Below, piece after piece: positions 27,093 to 37,496 of a stretch of DNA of 64,000 bases. This stretch comes from an uncultured delta proteobacterium (GTDB lineage: Bacteria > Desulfobacterota > Binatia > UBA9968). A program made the position numbers and the translations under genes. Every line of letters starts with the position of its first letter. The stretch's first letter is position 1. The notes under the pieces were generated by a model. It was not told where the DNA came from. It did no database searches and saw only the letters and a list, made by a program, of their open reading frames with translations. The stretch is from assembly GCA_963804165.1 (NCBI GenBank), contig CAWDPO010000014.1, forward strand, positions 64,001 to 128,000. The letters are read 5' to 3'.

Positions 27093-29009
27093 ATGCGTGA
27101 ACTAGCGATGCGGTTTTTAAATGGCGACCTTTCGCGACGCGGTTTTTTGAAGGGTCTGGTCGCCACGGGATTCAGCCTGACCGCAGCCCAGTCGGTGGTG
27201 GAGTCGTTCAAGGGCTATGCCGAGGCGCAGGAAATTCCACCGACGATGATCAAGCCGTTTCAAGGCGAGGTGGGCGAGCTGATCGCCGAGTGTCTGCGTG
27301 CGGCCAAGGTCAAGTACATGTTCTTCTGTAACGGCTCGCCGCAGGGGCCGATTCTGGATGCGCTGGTGGACAAGCCGGATATCAACGTCATCATCGCGAC
27401 CGAAGAGGGACAAGCCGTCGCGATGGCGCAGGGATACGAAATCGCCTCCGGTGAGATCCCGTTCGTGGTCACGCAAGCGGTCGGTGTCCCACGCCAGGTG
27501 ACCAATTTGGTGAACGCCTGGAAGGACCGCTCGGGTATGGTCGTCATGACGCCGCGCACGCCACTCGATACCCATGGCCGGGATAGTTTCGAAGACGTGG
27601 AAAATTGGTTGGATTTCGTCAAGCCGGTGACCAAGTGGCGTTGGGACATCGTCAAAGCGAATCGTATCGGCGAGCATATGCGTCACGCCTTTAAGCTCGC
27701 TTCGACGGCGCCCCGGTCGCCGGTCTTTCTGACGGTTCCTGACGATCTCCTGGAGGAAAAAAACGTCAAGGCTTCGGTGATCAGCCAGGACTATTTCACC
27801 GTCCCGGTAAAGGTGAAGGCCGATCCCAAACAGATCGAAGCCGCAGCCAAGATGATCATCGAGGCGAAGAATCCGCTCCTCCTCGCGGGGCATGAGATCA
27901 CGCGGTCAAAGGCGCAAAAGGAGATGCTCGCCTTCGCCGAATTGTTGGGCATTCCGGTCACCCGCGAGCGCGGGCTTTTCCTGGACTTTCCGAGCATGCA
28001 CCCGCTGTTTCTAGGCGATTTCGTCGCCAACATGCGCTTCCCGCGTAACATGGATTTGATTGTAAATATCGGCGGACAATTTCCCCGGATGAGCGAGAAC
28101 GCGGAGGAAGACCCGTTCGTTTTCCTGCCCAAAGGCGTGAAGATCATCCATGCGCGCATCGAGACCGACGATATTGCGCGGCTCTTCCCCACCAGCTTCA
28201 GTATCGCCGCCGACGTCGGCCACACGCTGCGCGATCTCACGGACGCGGTGAAGTCCATGCTCACCCAGGAGCGCATCGAGGCGATTCGAAAACCGCGCCT
28301 GGAGGCGGCGACGAAGTTTACCGCCGCGCTGCGGGAGTCGTGGCGCAAGGCCGCGCAGACCACTTGGAACAGCAATCCGATGTCGTGGGAACGCGTGGTC
28401 TTCGAACTCGACAAGGCGATGGACAAGGATGCGGTGGTGGTCCAGGAAATTGCCGACAACAAGCGGACGGAGCGTTGGATCAGCTATGGCGAAGAAGGCG
28501 GCAGAACGCTCATGGGCCGCACCACGGGGCAATGCCTGGGTTGGGGCGTCGGTGCCGGGCTCGGGGTCAAACTGGCATGGCCCAATCGCCAAGTGGTGAG
28601 CCTGCAGGGCGACGGCGGAATCATGTTCGGCCAGACCGAAGCCTTCTGGAGTTACGCTCGCTATGGGGCGCCGATCATCACGGTGGTCATGAACAACCGG
28701 AGCTACGACGGCGTGCGCCGCAGGCAATTTGCCAAGCAGGGCAAGCAAGCGAAGTTCAACAAGGACATGAGCGCGTACATGGGCAACCCCGATATCGATT
28801 TCTCGAAGATCGGCGAAGCGTACGGCATCAAAGGCAGCTTTGCGCGCGACGCCGGCGAGTTGCAGACCGCGCTCAAACGCGCCATTCAGGCGACCCGCGA
28901 CGGCAAGCCGTACATCATCGATGCGCTGATCGAGCGCACCGGGCCGGGCGCCGACCTGACATGGCATCCGCCGTTCACAGTCGCCGGGATACGGACGAGG
29001 AATGCGTAG
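27093..29009 (+). CDS. ThDP-dependent enzyme with Tat signal
   Basis: GGAGG RBS; SRRGFLK...YAEAQ; ATEEGQAVAMA; QGDGGIMFG...VMNNRSY. Confidence 0.92.
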   Translation: MRELAMRFLNGDLSRRGFLKGLVATGFSLTAAQSVVESFKGYAEAQEIPPTMIKPFQGEVGELIAECLRAAKVKYMFFCNGSPQGPILDALVDKPDINVIIATEEGQAVAMAQGYEIASGEIPFVVTQAVGVPRQVTNLVNAWKDRSGMVVMTPRTPLDTHGRDSFEDVENWLDFVKPVTKWRWDIVKANRIGEHMRHAFKLASTAPRSPVFLTVPDDLLEEKNVKASVISQDYFTVPVKVKADPKQIEAAAKMIIEAKNPLLLAGHEITRSKAQKEMLAFAELLGIPVTRERGLFLDFPSMHPLFLGDFVANMRFPRNMDLIVNIGGQFPRMSENAEEDPFVFLPKGVKIIHARIETDDIARLFPTSFSIAADVGHTLRDLTDAVKSMLTQERIEAIRKPRLEAATKFTAALRESWRKAAQTTWNSNPMSWERVVFELDKAMDKDAVVVQEIADNKRTERWISYGEEGGRTLMGRTTGQCLGWGVGAGLGVKLAWPNRQVVSLQGDGGIMFGQTEAFWSYARYGAPIITVVMNNRSYDGVRRRQFAKQGKQAKFNKDMSAYMGNPDIDFSKIGEAYGIKGSFARDAGELQTALKRAIQATRDGKPYIIDALIERTGPGADLTWHPPFTVAGIRTRNA

Positions 29010-29023
29010 GAGGGTGCAACGAA

Positions 29024-29106
29024 CTGGAGTAATGGAATGATGGAGCGTTGGAGTAATGGGTGGGGAGCCCATCACTCCACTACTCCAATACTCCAGCACT
29101 CCAATT
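29024..29106. repeat. Octamer inverted-repeat hairpin
   Basis: TGGAGTAATGGAATGATGGAGCGTTGGAGTAATGG ... CCATCACTCCACTACTCCAATACTCCAGCACTCC. Confidence 0.85.
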
Positions 29107-29125
29107 ATTGGGAGGAGTCTTTTTC

Positions 29126-29431
29126 ATGCAACGTGGACTTTTTTTGATCTTGTTTTTGGTTTCGATTCTATTTCCGGTGGCGGTTTCGTGGTCGGACAAT
29201 CACTGGAAAAACCTCATGCCGGATGGAGAAGGAAAGCAAGTCACCATGGAGCTTTGCGGCACCTGTCACAATCTGCAAAAAACCGTCGTATCGAGAAAAT
29301 CCGCTCAGGAATGGGAGCGCACGGTTTACGACATGATCCGCCGCGGGGCGCAGATTTTTCCCGACGAAGCCGATCAAATCGTCAAGTACCTGGCGGTGAG
29401 CTTTCCGCCCGGGAAGGCGGTAAACCAGTAG
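29126..29431 (+). CDS. Small monoheme cytochrome c
   Basis: Signal peptide, MPDGEGK, CGTCH heme motif, W.RTVYDMIRRGA, IVKYLA. Confidence 0.88.
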   Translation: MQRGLFLILFLVSILFPVAVSWSDNHWKNLMPDGEGKQVTMELCGTCHNLQKTVVSRKSAQEWERTVYDMIRRGAQIFPDEADQIVKYLAVSFPPGKAVNQ

Positions 29432-29587
29432 AAAAGAAATTGGAGTGATGGAGTGGCGGAGTAAAGGATTCCAATACTCCAGTTGCCAATCTCTCAGATT
29501 TTCAAATCTTGCCGCAGGAATTTTGCCGCGGTTCGATCTCATTGGGTCAGTTCCCCGCAGCTTGTTGCGTAATGGCTAATACTAAGT

Positions 29588-29738
29588 CCGTCATTCCCGC
29601 ATGCCTTACGCGGTGGTTCGACATGGCTCACCACAGGCGAAATTCTGATTGGACCTCCGATTAAAACATTCGGGGGTGACGCCCTTAAGACAAATCTCAT
29701 CGCCGATTTCTGATACCCCGCAGCTGCTGCGGGGGTTA
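29588..29738. repeat. Cluster of intergenic palindromic repeats
   Basis: GTCATTCCCGCATG...CCTCCGATTAAAACATTCGGGGGTGAC with nested TTCGACATGGCTCACC, and ACCCCGCAGCTGCTGCGGGG. Confidence 0.55.
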
Positions 29739-29752
29739 TTCACTATGGCCGG

Positions 29753-30224
29753 CTATGATAAGAAGCCGATCCACGGTTTCGGCCAGGGGACGCTCAATAG
29801 ATTGTCATAAACGCCGTAGAGAAAACCCCAGGTGACCGCGGTCAAGACTATCGCCGTTAACCAACCGCCGCCGTACAGCTTGACGTAGAGGAAAACAAAC
29901 AACGGCAGCGCGACCAGAAAGCCGATCAGATGGATCGCGAAGAAAAGCCCCCAGAGCCACGCCCAGATTTCTAAACTGCCCCAGCGGCCTTGATGCTCGA
30001 TGGCCTGAACCTCGAAGGTCGGACGCAGGATTTTTGCTCCCTCGGCGCGCGCCGCCTTAAAATCTAGCCGCAGTTGTAGCAAGGCGAGCACGACCCCGAT
30101 GCTTCCCAACAAGAAGAATTATAATCGAAGCGCGAACGGGCCAATCCTTGGCGACGAACAGAGCCGCGAGCATGACAAGGCCGATAAACGCCGTAAAAAA
30201 CATCTGTTCTTTAGCGCGACTCAT
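29753..30224 (-). CDS. tctB: Tripartite tricarboxylate transporter TctB-like small membrane subunit (frameshift ~30105)
   Basis: Hydrophobic; IGFLVALPLF...YGVYDNLLSVPWP; directly follows tctA. Confidence 0.75.
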
Positions 30225-31718
30225 CAAGCCTCCGACAATGACGTCTCGACTTTTCGTTTTCGCGCGGTGAGGATCGGATACACAATGGATGCGATCAGGA
30301 GCAGGATCAAAACAATCACCATCGGCCGCGCCAGCCATTCGAATCCATAGCGCGTGTACGAGAGCCAGAAGTAGAGTTCCATCTTGTCGCCCAGGACCAT
30401 GCCCAGCACTAGCGGCGCGCGCGGCCAACCGTAGCGGCGCATGAAGAAACCGAGGGAGGAGAAACATCATCAGCCCCGTGAGATCGTAGGTGTGAAAGTT
30501 GGCCGCGAAGGCGCCGATGAAGACAAAAGCCACCGACCGGCGGGACGATGGCATAAAACGGCATGAAGCAAATCTTCGCGATGGGTTTGGCGAACACCAT
30601 GCAGATCGCCGTGGCGAGAATATTCGCAATCACCAAGGTCCAGATCACAGCGAAGGTCAGGTTGAGCTGTGAGGTCAGCATGTCCGGGCCCGGTTTGATG
30701 CCGACGGCGATAAAGGCGGTGAGCACGAGCGCCGATGAAGTGCCGCCGGGAATGCCAAAGGCCAGTGTCGGAATGTAATCGCCGCCTTCCTTGGCGTTGT
30801 TCGAACCTTCCGACGCGATCACGCCGCGCACGTCGCCTTTGCCGAAATTTTCCCGGTTTTTTTCGGTCTGCACCGCGTGGGCATAGGCAAACCAATCCGC
30901 CACCGAGCTGCCGAGACCGGGGAGAAAACCGACCCAGACGCCGATGATCGAAGTACGAATCAACAGCCACCAGTGAATGAAGACGTCCTTGATGCCTTGC
31001 ACGTAGCCGCGGCCAAATTCTTCCGCCTTTGCGATGGCGCCTTTGCGGCCGGCGAGATCGATCACTTCCGGGATCGCGAAGATGCCCAGCGCGACGAGAA
31101 CCAGATCGATACCTTCCCAGAAGTATGAAAAATTGAACGCGTAAGCGCTCGACGCCGGATTTCGCGTCCAGGCCGACGGTTGAAATCAATACGCCGAGAA
31201 TGCCGCCGAGAAGGCCCTTGATCGGCGCGTTGCCGCTGAGAATGCCGACCATGCTCACGCCCCAAATCGTGAGAATAAAAAACTCCGGCGAGCTAAACGA
31301 AAGCACCAGTGGGCGCAGCACCGGTAACGAGGCAAACAGGACCAGCGCGCCGAAAATGCCGCCCAACAACGACGCCACGAACGAAGCGCTGAGCGCTCTG
31401 GCGCCTTCGCCGTTTTTCGCCATCGGGATGGCCGTCGAGAATCGTCGCTTGGGAGCCCGTGCTGCCCGGCACCGAGATGAGAATCGAAGTAAACGCGCTG
31501 GCGGTGTTGCCGACCGCGTCCATGCCGACCAGCAGCGCGATGACGAGCAGCGGATCTTTCATCGTCATGACGAAGGGAAGCATGAGGGCAAGCGTGCTCG
31601 GCCCGCCGATGCCCGGCAAAAAGCCGACCAGGCTGCCGATGCCGACGCCGAGGCACATGAACATGAATGCCTCGGGTTGAAGCACGCCGACTAAGCCTTC
31701 AAGGGCAGCTTCAAACAT
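30224..31718 (-). CDS. tctA: Tripartite tricarboxylate transporter TctA large permease (several frameshifts)
   Basis: GFLPGIGG, SVPG...ATILDG.P, EGSNNAKEGG.YIPTLAFGIPG, APLVLGMVLG across ORFs 31293-31718, 30470-31423, 30409-31065, 30224-30442. Confidence 0.88.
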
Positions 31719-31748
31719 TGCGCGTTCCGAAAGGTTGCGAAAACGGCA

Positions 31749-32807
31749 CTAGGATTGTTTCTCGCCTAGCGGGAGACTGTATTTCTGACGCAGCTTGGTG
31801 ATGAATTCCTTGGCGTCTTTTGAGATGGTGGTTTGCTCACGAATCACTTCCTCAACCCGTTCCGCCGTAACCGGTTTCCAACCGTCGCCGAAAAACTTAT
31901 CGCCTTCCTTGTCGACTTCGGGATCTTTCATCAGTTTGGCGAACGCCTCGCGCAGCGACGTCACCAGATGGTCCGGAGTCCCCGGGGGTGCCACTAAAAA
32001 TTTATCCAGATCCGGCGAGCCGGCCCAGCCAACGAAGGCCTGCCAGGCCAAACCCGTCGGTTTTTTTGTGCCCAAGGTTTCCAGAAAAGTCGGAACATCG
32101 GCGAAGTCGGTGCGGCGCCGTTCATCTTCGGCGAGGACGATCTGGACGACGCCCTCGCGTCGCAAATCGTTGACGAGCTTGACGTTCGCCGTCGCCCACA
32201 CATCGATTTCGCCCTGGCGGATCGCCAACTGGAGCTCTCGACTGCCCGGATAGCCGTAAATCCAGCGCAGGTTCCAACCGAGATACTCGGCGGCCCAAAC
32301 CGTCATGGCAACCCAGGAACGAATACCGTCCGAGTCGCCGACCACGACCGGCTTGGCGCTGCGGTTGGTGAGTCTATCGCGGGCGTCGTTGCGTATCATC
32401 AGAAGCGTCCCCGCGCGGGCGACGCCGCCGATCATCTTGTTCTTTCTCGGGTCGTACTTGATGGTCGGGCCGCCGCGCACAAAATTACCGATTCCGGAGG
32501 AGGAGTCTTGCAGAATCGTCAAACCGTCCGGCTTTGCTTCAGTGGCAAAATAGTTATTGGCGATCGTGCCGCCGCCACCCGGCATATTTTGCACGAGCAC
32601 TCTGGGATTGCCCGGCAGATATTTGCCGATGAACCTGGATACCAGTCTTGCCGCCGTGTCCGTGCCGCCGCCGGTTCCGGACGAGACCAGGATTTTGAGC
32701 GTCTTGCCATCGTAATATGGCGCTTCAGCCGCGTTCGTCGGCAATCCAGTGACGAACAAGGCGAGAAAAAACGCGCCGCCTGCCAATCCTATAATCTTCC
32801 TTGACAT
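31749..32807 (-). CDS. TctC/Bug-like substrate-binding protein
   Basis: YYDGKTLKILV..GGGTD..ARL...LPGNP...VQNMPGGGG, PDGLT, GYPGSREL.LA..QGEID. Confidence 0.88.
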   Translation of the reverse strand: MSRKIIGLAGGAFFLALFVTGLPTNAAEAPYYDGKTLKILVSSGTGGGTDTAARLVSRFIGKYLPGNPRVLVQNMPGGGGTIANNYFATEAKPDGLTILQDSSSGIGNFVRGGPTIKYDPRKNKMIGGVARAGTLLMIRNDARDRLTNRSAKPVVVGDSDGIRSWVAMTVWAAEYLGWNLRWIYGYPGSRELQLAIRQGEIDVWATANVKLVNDLRREGVVQIVLAEDERRRTDFADVPTFLETLGTKKPTGLAWQAFVGWAGSPDLDKFLVAPPGTPDHLVTSLREAFAKLMKDPEVDKEGDKFFGDGWKPVTAERVEEVIREQTTISKDAKEFITKLRQKYSLPLGEKQS

Positions 32808-32859
32808 CGAATTGACTCCTTTTTCACTCGGACAATGAGCCGTTGGCGACTCGGTTTCC

Positions 32860-33867
32860 TTATTTCGAATCTCCAACCGGCAAATTATACTTCTGCCGCA
32901 GCTTGGTAATGTAATCCTTTGCCTCTTTCGGAATCGCGATATGCTCGCGGATCACGGTTTCGATTTTTTCCGCGCTGTGGGCGCGCCAGCCATCGCCGAA
33001 AAATTTGTCGCCGTCTTTGTCCACTTCCGGGTCTTTCATTACTTGAATAAATGCTTCGCGCAAGAGTTTGACGAGATGATCCGGAGTGCCCTCAGGCGCG
33101 ACTAAGTACTTATCAAGCTCCGGCGCGCCGGCCCACGCCTGGTACGCTTGCCAGGGTAGCCCGGTGGGTTTCTTGGCGCCCAAAAGTTCGAGGAACGTCG
33201 GCGCATCGGGAAAATCGGCGCGCCGTTGATCTTCTTCGGTGCCGATGATCTGCACCACGCCCTCACGTTGCAGATCTTTTACCAGCTTGGCGTTTTGCGT
33301 CGCCCAGATATCGATTTCACCCTGGCGGATGGCTAACTGCAGCTCGCGGCTGCCCGGATAGCCGTAGATCCAGCGCAGGTTCCAACCGATATATTCGGCG
33401 CCCCAGACCGTCATCGCGATCCAGTTACGAATTCCGTCGGTGTCGCCGACCACGACGGGTTTAGCCGCTTTGTTCGTCAACCTGTCGCGAGCGTCGTTTC
33501 TGATCATCAGTAGACTTCCCGGCCGCGCGACCCCGCCGATAATGCGGAATTTTCTCGGGTCATATTTGATCGCAGGGCCGCCGCGTGCGAAGCTCGCCAC
33601 GCTGGAAGACGAATCTTGCATGATCGTCAGACCGTCCGGTTTGACCTCGCTGGCGAAGTAGTTGTTGGCGATGGTGCCACCGCCACCGCCCATATTCTGA
33701 ATAACTATCTTGGGATTGCCCGGCAGGTATTTCGGCAAATAGCGCGCCACGAGCCGGCCCGCGGTGTCGGTGCCGCCGCCGGGACCCGACGCGATCAGCA
33801 CGCGCAAGGTCTTGCCTTCATAGAACGGCGCCTGCGCCGCCGGTGCTGATGTCACCAATGCGAACAC
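32860..33867 (-). CDS. TctC/Bug-like substrate-binding protein (tandem paralog; true start probably ~33919 across a frameshift)
   Basis: FYEGKTLRVLI..GPGGGTD..GRL...LPGNP; very similar to neighbour. Confidence 0.88.
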   Translation of the reverse strand: MFALVTSAPAAQAPFYEGKTLRVLIASGPGGGTDTAGRLVARYLPKYLPGNPKIVIQNMGGGGGTIANNYFASEVKPDGLTIMQDSSSSVASFARGGPAIKYDPRKFRIIGGVARPGSLLMIRNDARDRLTNKAAKPVVVGDTDGIRNWIAMTVWGAEYIGWNLRWIYGYPGSRELQLAIRQGEIDIWATQNAKLVKDLQREGVVQIIGTEEDQRRADFPDAPTFLELLGAKKPTGLPWQAYQAWAGAPELDKYLVAPEGTPDHLVKLLREAFIQVMKDPEVDKDGDKFFGDGWRAHSAEKIETVIREHIAIPKEAKDYITKLRQKYNLPVGDSK

Positions 33868-34148
33868 TAACCCTACGAACCCAACGAATGGACAGGAAAC
33901 TTAAACTCCTCTTGGTCATGACGGGTTATCCTCCGTTCTAGTGCGCGTCGCATTTTTCGGCCGGTGCTGCGCCACGTATATCAATAAGGTGTAGAGAGGA
34001 GGCATATTACACAAAAACGTCGCCGCGCAACAATCGATTTCTGACTTTCTTAATCGTTGCTCAACGACCGGCGATTCTGCTAACCGCGACGACCGCTAAG
34101 ATGATTCTTGAAGCTGCACCGACAAGGTGTTAAAAGAAATGCTTCCGT

Positions 34149-34225
34149 GGTCGCATAGCTCAGATGGTTAGAGCGCGCGCCTCACATGCGCGAGGTCGTA
34201 GGTTCAAGTCCTACTGCGACCACCA
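34149..34225 (+). tRNA. tRNA-Val(CAC)
   Basis: GGTCGCA/TGCGACC acceptor stem, TAGCTCAGATGGTTAGAGC D arm, CGCGC-CTCACAT-GCGCG anticodon arm, GGTTCAAGTCC T arm, encoded CCA. Confidence 0.97.
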
Positions 34226-35295
34226 TCCCACCTCATCCCGTATCAAGATAAAGTTTTGCAACTCTCAGAAGTCTTCGGTTACCGTCAACTGTGGCGGCTT
34301 TTTGACCGGCGAATTCCCGATGTAACAAGCGAGATGATTCTCGGAAACTTCCAGGTTTTTGATTTCTTCGATTTGGTTATTGTAGCAGGCCGCGACATCC
34401 AACGTTTCCCGTCGGGCAGTAGGTTATAAAAGCATGGGCAAGGCAGTGGTCGTGATACCGCCGCCGGACACAAGCCGTATGAACTTCGAAGGGCCGCTGC
34501 CACCGCCGCTCGATCGATTCCAGTTAACGATTGCCGAAGGTGACCAACCACTCGTCGACAAGAGTATGACGTTTAATATGCAAGCGGGCGTGGAGCCTGA
34601 CGAGCACTATCCGTAAAGCGTACTGAAAGCGTAATGAGCTTGGCTTGGGCCGCTCTAACGCACTCAAACAGCGGTTCAAATCCCTAAAAATGAGCGCAAC
34701 TGACAAGTCAAACTTCGGAGTCAGTCACAGCCGCTTCAACCTTATTCCTTGCGGAGGCGGTTGATTGATGAGAAATGGATCGATGATTGGAAGGCGATGT
34801 AACGTGCTAGCCTAGCCGGCGCTTGATTGGCGGATTTCACTTGAAAGTCCGCCCTGGATCAAGACAAATTGGCGGCGGACAATATTTGCGCGTTGCCGGA
34901 GTCTAGAATGGCGATATTTGTCCGCTAAAACTGCAGTAATGTGCTTTTCTTCGTGCTCCCGCAGCGCTGTAAGTGTCTGTTCACACAAGTTTAATATCTC
35001 GACAAGCGCTTCGGAACAGGTACTTGATGGTCCCATGGTGGGGCAAATAGGCAAAAACCGTGCAAACGCGAAAGACTGGATCGGCAAAGTCGGACAAATC
35101 CGGATGCTTCATATCACCGGTAACCACCGATTGTGTATCGCCGTTCAAATTCCTCTTATTGCCTAGGCGGGATCGAAGCGGCGATCCTGGCGCAGCACTT
35201 CGACGGATCGGGTAGTTTGACAGGGATATGCCAGCGTATTAATCGATACAAAGCACTGACGTCATCCCGCATCAAGACCTAACTCTTGCCGATCA

Positions 35296-36501
35296 ATGAA
35301 ACGTTTGAAGAAGTTCACGCTCGCTGACATTCCATACGTTGGCCGCGGCACGCCGGCCGGAGATTGGTTCCGCCGTTACTGGTTAGTGATCGGCACGGTG
35401 CGAGAACTTTACGATATTCCCCAGGGCGTCAAGGTGCTGGGCGAGGAGTTGGTGCTGTTTCGCGATGAAAGTGGAAAGATCGGCTTGATCGCCGCCCATT
35501 GTCCCCATCGCGGTGCGTCGTTGGAGTACGGCGACATCGAAGACGGCGGTATTCGTTGTCCCTATCATGGCTGGCTATTCGACGTTCATGGCCAGTGTTT
35601 GCAGATGCCGGCCGAGCCGAAGGACAGCAAATTTGCGGAAAAGGTAAAGCATCTTTCTTATCCCGTGCGGGTGCAGGGCGGATTGATTTTCGCCTACATG
35701 GGGCCGAACGAGCCGCCGCCGTTGCCCAAGTACAGAGCGCTGGCCGATGCCTCGGGTCAAAGATCTCTGGAAGCGACGAGACTGTACGACTACAACTGGT
35801 TTAACTTTATCGAAAACGGCGCGGACCCGGCGCACTTCTCGATTCTGCACCGCGCCGATCCGAACGACGGGACTTGGCGCAGTTGGTTTTTCAATTTTAG
35901 AGACGTTCCGCCCTTTGACGCGGTTGAGACTTCCTACGGCATGAAGGTTGTTTCACGCAAGTCGGGACCGACCGTGGACACCGAGTACGTCGATGAAAAA
36001 AGCTTCGCTCTGCCGAGTATCCTGCAAATCGGCGATACCGAGTTCACCCATTTCGAACAGCCGCGCGAAGCTCTGAGCGCGGGATCGCACAACGCGCATT
36101 TCATGTTCGTTACGCCGAACGACGATCACAGCTTTACGCTGTTCACCCTCAACCATTACACCGGCTCCGATCCCGAGTTTTTCCACAAGCTCTCGCCGAG
36201 CCGAAAGGTCGAAGCCAAAGCCGAGAAGAAGCCTTACGATCGGCGCAAGTATTCGCCATTTAGAGGTAGCGTGCGCACGGAAGACATCGCCTGCCAGGGA
36301 ACACAGCCGCTGCTCGATCAGCGCAAAGAGCAGCTCGCGACGTCGGACAAGGGCGTGATCCTGATTCGCAAGATCATTCTGAACGCCATTCAAGCGGTGC
36401 AAGAAAATCGCACGCCCAAAGGAGTGCTGCAGAGAAGCCAGGCGCAAGAGCTCGTGAATATCGATTCTTTTACGGGCGTGCGGGCGAAAGGATCCACGTG
36501 A
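35296..36501 (+). CDS. Rieske non-heme iron oxygenase alpha subunit (phthalate 4,5-dioxygenase/LigX-like)
   Basis: CPH...CPYH Rieske ligands; ENGADPAHFSILH iron ligands; LATSDKGVI. Confidence 0.92.
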   Translation: MKRLKKFTLADIPYVGRGTPAGDWFRRYWLVIGTVRELYDIPQGVKVLGEELVLFRDESGKIGLIAAHCPHRGASLEYGDIEDGGIRCPYHGWLFDVHGQCLQMPAEPKDSKFAEKVKHLSYPVRVQGGLIFAYMGPNEPPPLPKYRALADASGQRSLEATRLYDYNWFNFIENGADPAHFSILHRADPNDGTWRSWFFNFRDVPPFDAVETSYGMKVVSRKSGPTVDTEYVDEKSFALPSILQIGDTEFTHFEQPREALSAGSHNAHFMFVTPNDDHSFTLFTLNHYTGSDPEFFHKLSPSRKVEAKAEKKPYDRRKYSPFRGSVRTEDIACQGTQPLLDQRKEQLATSDKGVILIRKIILNAIQAVQENRTPKGVLQRSQAQELVNIDSFTGVRAKGST

Positions 36502-36502
36502 A

Positions 36503-37492
36503 ATGCCATTGAGGAGATATCTTAAATTAACTTTAACTGCGCTTATCGTAGTAGTTTCTCCGGCGCGCGGCGTCGAGGCCGCGCCGATGCGAATCTCGTA
36601 CAGCGCGATCAGCGGCGCGATGTCGTCGCTGTGGGTCGCGCAAGAAGACGGTTACTTCAAACGCGAGGGACTCGACACCGAGTTGCTTTATATCGGCGGC
36701 GGTTCGCTGTTGATTCAGTCCATGCTGAGCGGCGAGGTGCCGTTCGCTTACGGACCCTCGGTGCCGGTGATCAACGCCTCGCTGCGCGGCGCGGATCTTA
36801 CGCTGATAGGCAACACCGGTAACGCTTTAGTATTCTCGATCATGTCGCGGCCGGAGATCAAGCAACCGGCGCAGCTCAAGGGCAAGAAAGTTGGAGTGAC
36901 TCGTCTGGGCGGATCGACCGATTGGGCGTTGGATGCGGCGACGAAACAATGGGGCCTTGAGCGCGGACGCGACATCGTCGTGATTCAGACCGGCGGTATG
37001 CCCGAAGGATTGGCAGCACTCTTGTCCGGGACGCTCGATGCCGTCGTGCTCTCGCCGCCGAGCAATTTTCGCGCGATGAAAGCGGCCATGCACGAGCTGG
37101 TCGACGTCGGCCAGTTGGGTATTGTCTTTCCGAACACGCCGCTGTCGACGACGAAAAGTTTTATCAAATCGCACCGGGACACCGCGCTGCGTTTTCTGCG
37201 CGGTTTTAGCCAGGGGCTAAACCGGCTGCGCACGGACAAAGAGTTCAGCATGAAAGTGCTGTCGAAATATACCAAGGTGACGGACGCGGAGACGCTGGCG
37301 CAGCTGCACCAAACCTACGGCGTGCGTTATAGCGGCGATCGTATCCCCTATGTGCGCGCCGAGGGCGTCGACGAAATTCTCAAACGCACTCCCGGCAAGG
37401 AAGCGCGCGATGCCAAAGCCGGCGAGTTTATCGACAACAGCTTATTGAAAGAACTGGAACAAAGCGGCTGGTTTCGTTCCCCGGGTCGCTAG
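36503..37492 (+). CDS. NMT1/SsuA-like ABC substrate-binding protein
   Basis: LWVAQEDGYFKREGLD, LKGKKVGVTRLGGSTD. Confidence 0.9.
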   Translation: MPLRRYLKLTLTALIVVVSPARGVEAAPMRISYSAISGAMSSLWVAQEDGYFKREGLDTELLYIGGGSLLIQSMLSGEVPFAYGPSVPVINASLRGADLTLIGNTGNALVFSIMSRPEIKQPAQLKGKKVGVTRLGGSTDWALDAATKQWGLERGRDIVVIQTGGMPEGLAALLSGTLDAVVLSPPSNFRAMKAAMHELVDVGQLGIVFPNTPLSTTKSFIKSHRDTALRFLRGFSQGLNRLRTDKEFSMKVLSKYTKVTDAETLAQLHQTYGVRYSGDRIPYVRAEGVDEILKRTPGKEARDAKAGEFIDNSLLKELEQSGWFRSPGR

Positions 37493-37496
37493 AGCC

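Noticed and set aside
22978-29481. Octamer repeats as a CRISPR or as short coding ORFs (MEYWSxGV / ITPLLQYS peptides)
   Set aside because: No unique spacers of constant length; the peptides are just translations of the repeat
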